29,769 nt of DNA from Oscillospiraceae bacterium (GTDB lineage Bacteria; Bacillota; Clostridia; Oscillospirales; Oscillospiraceae), in assembly GCA_902783825.1 (NCBI GenBank), contig CACZSJ010000172.1:1-29769 (forward strand). Reading direction: 5' to 3'. A program made the translations under genes and the position numbers. Below the pieces are notes generated by a model. That model was not told the DNA's origin. It worked only from the letters and a program-made list of their open reading frames with translations, and made no database searches. Shown here one piece after another: positions 25,471 through 29,769 of the stretch (position 1 is the stretch's first letter; the number at the start of each line of letters is the position of its first letter).

Positions 25471-26346
25471 ATGAAAACCTATAACGATATTTACATGACA
25501 GCAAGAACCGCGCTTCTGCAGCACGGCGTGGAGGCCTATAATCTGGAGGCTCGGCTACTGGTGGCCCAGGCTGCAGGCAAATCGGTTCCGGAGCTGCTGC
25601 GGGATCTCAAGCTCTATACCACCGACGCTGTGGAAGCCCGGGTTCTGGAATATCTGGATCGGAGGCTCCAGGGAGAGCCGGTGGCCTACATTACCGGCGC
25701 CTGGGAGTTTTATGGTCTGCCCATGCTTGTCACCCGGGACGTATTGATTCCCCGCATGGATACGGAGCTGCTGGTGGACACCGCCAAATCCCTGCTCATC
25801 GGCAAGAATATGAACGCCCGGATTCTGGATCTTTGCTGCGGCAGTGGCTGCATCACATGCGCACTCGGCCACGAGCTGCCCGCCACCAAGCTGGTAGCGG
25901 TGGATTTCAGCGCGCGGGCGCTGGAGGTTTGCCGAAAGAATCTGGCGGCCAATCGGCTCAGCAGCCGGGTCATCTGCATCCAGTCGGACGCCTCCGCTTC
26001 TCCCCCCTTGGGCATCGGGCAATTCGATATGATCGTATCGAACCCTCCTTATATCCCCAGCGCGGAGCTGCAAAGCCTGGATCGCTCGGTCCGGAGTTTT
26101 GAGCCGGCCATGGCCCTGGACGGAGGAGAGGACGGCCTACGCTTTTACAAGAGCATCATCAAGTATTGGAAATCTCTCCTCCGTCCCGGCGGCTACCTGC
26201 TCTTTGAGGTGGGCGAAGGACAGGCGGAGACGGTTAAGGACATGATCCTTTCCGCGGGCTTTGCCTCCGCGGATACCCGGACAGACACCCAAGGCATCCA
26301 GCGGGTCGTCTACGGAAAAGCATACGCAGACAGTGAACTGTATTGA
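25471..26346 (+). CDS. prmC: Release factor glutamine methyltransferase
   Basis: GEPVAYITG, VLIPRMDTE, LDLCCGSGCI, VSNPPYI, ALDGGEDGL and FEVGEGQ motifs. Start at ATG 25471 (GGGAG SD). Confidence 0.95.
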   Translation: MKTYNDIYMTARTALLQHGVEAYNLEARLLVAQAAGKSVPELLRDLKLYTTDAVEARVLEYLDRRLQGEPVAYITGAWEFYGLPMLVTRDVLIPRMDTELLVDTAKSLLIGKNMNARILDLCCGSGCITCALGHELPATKLVAVDFSARALEVCRKNLAANRLSSRVICIQSDASASPPLGIGQFDMIVSNPPYIPSAELQSLDRSVRSFEPAMALDGGEDGLRFYKSIIKYWKSLLRPGGYLLFEVGEGQAETVKDMILSAGFASADTRTDTQGIQRVVYGKAYADSELY

Positions 26347-26367
26347 ATAAGATAAGGAGACAGAACC

Positions 26368-27474
26368 ATGGCTGAAAAGAAAAAGATTCCCGCAATTGTA
26401 ACGCCTGCCAGCAGCGATAAGAAAAAGGCCCTGGAGACCGCCATCGCCAAAATTGAAAAAGACTATGGCAAGGGCACCATCATGCGGCTGGGCGACGATA
26501 TCCCCGTGAACGTGGAAGCTCTGTCCACCGGTTCCCTCTCTCTGGATCTGGCACTGGGCATCGGCGGCGTTCCCCGTGGACGTATCGTGGAAATCTACGG
26601 CCCTGAGGCTTCCGGTAAAACCACGCTGGCTCTGCACGTCGTGGCTTCCGCTCAGAAAAGCGGCGGAGACGCCGCCTACATCGATGTGGAGCACGCGCTA
26701 GAGCCGGCCTACGCCCGCGCTTTGGGCGTAGACATCGACAGTCTTCTGATTTCTCAGCCGGACACCGGCGAGCAGGCTCTGGATATCGCCGAATCCCTGG
26801 TTCGCTCCGGCGCCATTGACGTCCTGGTGGTGGACTCTGTTGCGGCACTGATCCCCCGGGTTGAGCTGGAGGGCGAAGTGGGCGATACCGTAGTTGGCGC
26901 CCTGGCACGGCTGATGAGTCAGGCCATGCGCCGTCTGGCCGGCGCCATCGCCAAGAACAACTGCACCGTAATCTTCATCAACCAGCTGCGCCAGAAGATC
27001 GGTGTGATGTACGGCAACCCCGAGACCACACCCGGCGGTTTGGCCCTCAAGTACTATGCCTCTGTGCGCATTGACGTGCGTCGGATCGAAACGCTGAAGG
27101 TCAACGGGGAGATGATCGGCAATCGCACCCGCGCCAAGGTGGTCAAGAACAAGGTCGCGCCCCCCTTCCGGGAGGCGGAATTCGACATCATGTACGGAGA
27201 GGGCATCTCCCGCGTGGGCGAAATCGTAGATATGGGCGTCAAGCTGGAGATCATCGACAAGGCTGGCGCCTGGTTCACCGTGGATGGGCAGCGGATTCAA
27301 GGTCGTGACGCCGTCAAAGAATTTCTCAACGAAAACGACGAGATCCGGGAGAAGATCGAGCAGGAGATCCGCGATAACGCCTATAAGCTCATGTCTCCTC
27401 AGTCCCGGAAAGCCGCGCAGGTTTCCGGCCGCGCCGGTGTGGACGTAAGCGCGGCAGACTTTGACGGGGACTGA
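26368..27474 (+). CDS. recA: Recombinase A
   Basis: [49 protein letters not shown] and KNKVAPPF motifs. Confidence 0.98.
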   Translation: MAEKKKIPAIVTPASSDKKKALETAIAKIEKDYGKGTIMRLGDDIPVNVEALSTGSLSLDLALGIGGVPRGRIVEIYGPEASGKTTLALHVVASAQKSGGDAAYIDVEHALEPAYARALGVDIDSLLISQPDTGEQALDIAESLVRSGAIDVLVVDSVAALIPRVELEGEVGDTVVGALARLMSQAMRRLAGAIAKNNCTVIFINQLRQKIGVMYGNPETTPGGLALKYYASVRIDVRRIETLKVNGEMIGNRTRAKVVKNKVAPPFREAEFDIMYGEGISRVGEIVDMGVKLEIIDKAGAWFTVDGQRIQGRDAVKEFLNENDEIREKIEQEIRDNAYKLMSPQSRKAAQVSGRAGVDVSAADFDGD

Positions 27475-27477
27475 TTC

Positions 27478-28089
27478 ATGATCGTTTCTGCCATCCGGCA
27501 GACCTCTGCCGACAGGCTGCTGGTCCTGCTGGAGGATGGGAGTGAAATACGCTCCACCCTGGGCGTCGTCACCGCGTTGCGGCTTTTTGCGGGCCGGGAC
27601 CTGGAGGACGCGGAGCTGGAGCTTCTGCGCCGGGATTCTGCCAGAGCCCTGGGACGGGAGCGCGCGCTGGAACTGATTTCCCGCCGTGCTATGTCCCGAA
27701 AAGAGCTGCGGGATAAACTTCTGCGCAAGGGCGAAAGCGAAGATACCGCTGCATACTGCGCCGACTGGCTCAGTGAAAACGGCTTTCTGGACGAGGAGAG
27801 CTACGCCGCCGCCGTAGCGCGGCACTATGGCGCCCGAGGCTACGGTCAGGGGCGCGTTCGTCAGGAGCTGAGCCGTCGGGGTCTCCCCCGAGAGCTGTGG
27901 CCCGAAGCAATGGCGTCCATGCCCGAGCCGGACGAAAAGCTGGATAAGCTGATCGCTTCCCGGCTCAAGGATCCACAGGATCCGGTACAGGTTCGCAAAG
28001 TCAGCCAGGCGCTGTATCGCCGCGGCTACACCTGGGAAGACATCCGCTCCGCGCTCCGGCGTCACGAAGCACAAATAGAGGAAACCTGA
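27478..28089 (+). CDS. recX: Regulatory protein RecX
   Basis: Directly after recA; SRKELRDKL, GFLDEESYA, GYGQGRVRQELSRRG and LYRRGY helical repeats. Confidence 0.9.
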   Translation: MIVSAIRQTSADRLLVLLEDGSEIRSTLGVVTALRLFAGRDLEDAELELLRRDSARALGRERALELISRRAMSRKELRDKLLRKGESEDTAAYCADWLSENGFLDEESYAAAVARHYGARGYGQGRVRQELSRRGLPRELWPEAMASMPEPDEKLDKLIASRLKDPQDPVQVRKVSQALYRRGYTWEDIRSALRRHEAQIEET

Positions 28090-29408
28090 TGGAAGCAAAC
28101 TATGCATTGATTTCCCTTGGCTGTGCCAAGAATCTTGTCAACAGTGAACAGATGCTCTATCTGATGGATCAGGCCGGCTTTCAGCTGGTCCCGGACCCGG
28201 ATGGTGCAGATCTTGTTATTGTCAACACATGCGGCTTTATTGACGCCGCCAAAACCGAAGCCATCGACACGATCCTGCAGATGGCGCAGCTGAAGCAGGT
28301 CGGGCGTCTGGGCGGCATCATCGTCACCGGCTGTCTGGCGGAGCGCTATCAGGCGGAGATTCTGCAAGAGCTGCCTGAGATCGACGCGGTACTGGGCGTC
28401 GGCAGCTTTGGCGAAATCGTCTCGGCAGCCAAAGCCGTTTTGAGCGGCCGCCAGCTGCAGCTCTTTGGCGACAGAAACGCGGCTGTGGAGGAAATTCCCC
28501 GAGTTGTCAGCACCGGCCCCGCCTGGGCATATCTGCGCATTGCAGAAGGCTGCGACAACTACTGCGCTTTCTGCGCCATCCCCTACATTCGCGGCCGCTA
28601 TCGTTCCCGGCCCCTGGAAAGCATTCTAGAGGAAGCCCAGGAGCTGGCTGCGCATGGAATACGGGAGCTGATCGTCATTGCCCAGGATATTACCCGTTAC
28701 GGAACGGATCTGTACGGCAAGCGCTGTCTGGCTCAGCTTTGCCGGGAACTGGGGAAAATCCCTGGCGTGGAATGGATTCGGCTGCACTATCTCTATCCCG
28801 ACCAGTTTGACGACGAGTTGATCCGGGAGATTGCCGACAACGAAAAGATTGTCAAATACCTGGACATTCCCATTCAGCACATCAACAACCAGATCCTCAA
28901 GCGCATGAACCGCAAGGGCACCGGTGAAGAGATCCGCGCCCTGTTTCAGACCCTGCGGCAGCGGATTCCCGGCCTGGTGCTGCGCACCAGCCTGATTGCC
29001 GGCCTGCCCGGCGAGGGCGAGGCGGAATTTGAAGAACTCTGTGATTTCTTGCGGCAGGCCAAGATTGAGCGGGTCGGCGTTTTCCCCTTCTCTCCCGAGG
29101 AGGGCACCGCCGCCGCCCGCATGGATCGTCCGGATGAAGAAACCGCCCAGCGCCGAGCGGACTTGATTTTGCAATTGCAGGCGGAGATCATGGACGACTT
29201 TTGCCAAAGCCTGGTGGGAAAGGTTCTCCCTGTTCTTTGTGAGCAATATGATGAAGAGCTGCGGCGCTTTGTGGGGCGCTGCTATGCCGACTCCCCCGAA
29301 ATCGACGGCCAGGTGCTGGTTGAAGGCGGTCGGGAAGGGCAAATCGTTCCCGTGCGCATCACCGCAGCTGAAAACGGCATCCTCTATGGGGAGGAGGTTT
29401 CCGCGTGA
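28089..29408 (+). CDS. rimO: Ribosomal protein S12 methylthiotransferase
   Basis: SLGCAKNLVNSE, VNTCGFI, TGCL, IAEGCDNYCAFC, YLDIPIQH and DSPEIDG motifs; start overlaps the recX stop. Confidence 0.93.
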   Translation: MEANYALISLGCAKNLVNSEQMLYLMDQAGFQLVPDPDGADLVIVNTCGFIDAAKTEAIDTILQMAQLKQVGRLGGIIVTGCLAERYQAEILQELPEIDAVLGVGSFGEIVSAAKAVLSGRQLQLFGDRNAAVEEIPRVVSTGPAWAYLRIAEGCDNYCAFCAIPYIRGRYRSRPLESILEEAQELAAHGIRELIVIAQDITRYGTDLYGKRCLAQLCRELGKIPGVEWIRLHYLYPDQFDDELIREIADNEKIVKYLDIPIQHINNQILKRMNRKGTGEEIRALFQTLRQRIPGLVLRTSLIAGLPGEGEAEFEELCDFLRQAKIERVGVFPFSPEEGTAAARMDRPDEETAQRRADLILQLQAEIMDDFCQSLVGKVLPVLCEQYDEELRRFVGRCYADSPEIDGQVLVEGGREGQIVPVRITAAENGILYGEEVSA

Positions 29409-29769
29409 CCACAGCGAATAAAATTACCATCTTCCGCATCCTGATGATCCCGGTCTTTCTGCTCCTGGCCTATGCCGGGCGCTTTGGCTGGGCCTTGATC
29501 GTCTACCTGCTTGCCTGTCTCAGCGACATGGCAGATGGGTACATAGCCCGCCACTACAATCAGATCACCGACTTTGGCAAGTTCATGGATCCTCTGGCCG
29601 ACAAGATGCTGGTGCTGTCCGCCATGTGCTTTTTTGTGGAGCGCCTCCAGATGCCCGGTTGGGTAGTGGCGGTGGTGCTGTTTCGTGAATTCGCCGTCTC
29701 AGGCATGCGGCTGGTCGCGGTGGAACAGGGGCGGGTCATTGCCGCCGCCTGGTCTGGCAAAATCAAAAC
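29405..29769 (+). CDS. pgsA: CDP-diacylglycerol--glycerol-3-phosphate 3-phosphatidyltransferase (3' end runs off the window)
   Basis: GTG overlapping the rimO TGA. Manual translation MTTANKITIFRILMIP...SDMADGYIAR...TDFGKFMDPLADKMLV...REFAVSGMR...WSGKIK shows the CDP-alcohol phosphotransferase motif. Confidence 0.93.
   Translation, partial: MTTANKITIFRILMIPVFLLLAYAGRFGWALIVYLLACLSDMADGYIARHYNQITDFGKFMDPLADKMLVLSAMCFFVERLQMPGWVVAVVLFREFAVSGMRLVAVEQGRVIAAAWSGKIK

Noticed and set aside
26330-26367. GAAC-tgta-TTGA upstream of recA as a LexA (Cheo) box
   Set aside because: The right half does not match GTTC/GTTY.
1-29769. CRISPR arrays, tRNA/rRNA genes, IS elements, riboswitches
   Set aside because: No spaced direct repeats, cloverleafs, terminal inverted repeats or long structured leaders seen by eye. 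The longest intergenic regions are about 160-230 bp and are accounted for by promoters. An Rfam scan would be the definitive check.

Overview
Chromosomal core-genome window from a fairly GC-rich Bacillota (Clostridia; probably Oscillospiraceae, inferred from gene order and protein style). No mobile element, CRISPR array or RNA gene is visible. Blocks, left to right: (-) lysS (partial) and greA; (-) a tightly packed cdaR-like regulator, ftsE, ftsX, two M23 peptidases and an S41/CtpA-family gene; (-) rsuA-type pseudouridine synthase; (+) a DUF4830-like membrane protein; (-) trmL-pgk-tpiA-gpmI; (+) a PflX-like radical SAM protein and an FMN alpha-hydroxy-acid dehydrogenase; (-) a TetM/EF-G-like GTPase fused to a YacP/Rae1 NYN nuclease, then ylmH, pepT and a NahK/APH-like kinase; (+) OmpR-type regulator, histidine kinase, DUF1385, prmC, recA, recX, rimO and pgsA (partial). 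Two hypotheses stand out. First, the translationally coupled GTPase-NYN / YlmH / PepT unit looks like an uncharacterised ribosome-rescue or quality-control module, and its promoter geometry predicts a leaderless mRNA. Second, the CtpA homologue behind ftsEX and two intact M23 endopeptidases has lost both catalytic residues (Ser->Arg, Lys->Asn) but keeps its PDZ domain, so it may be a pseudo-protease regulating wall hydrolases. All family assignments come from motif recognition by eye; no database search was run.
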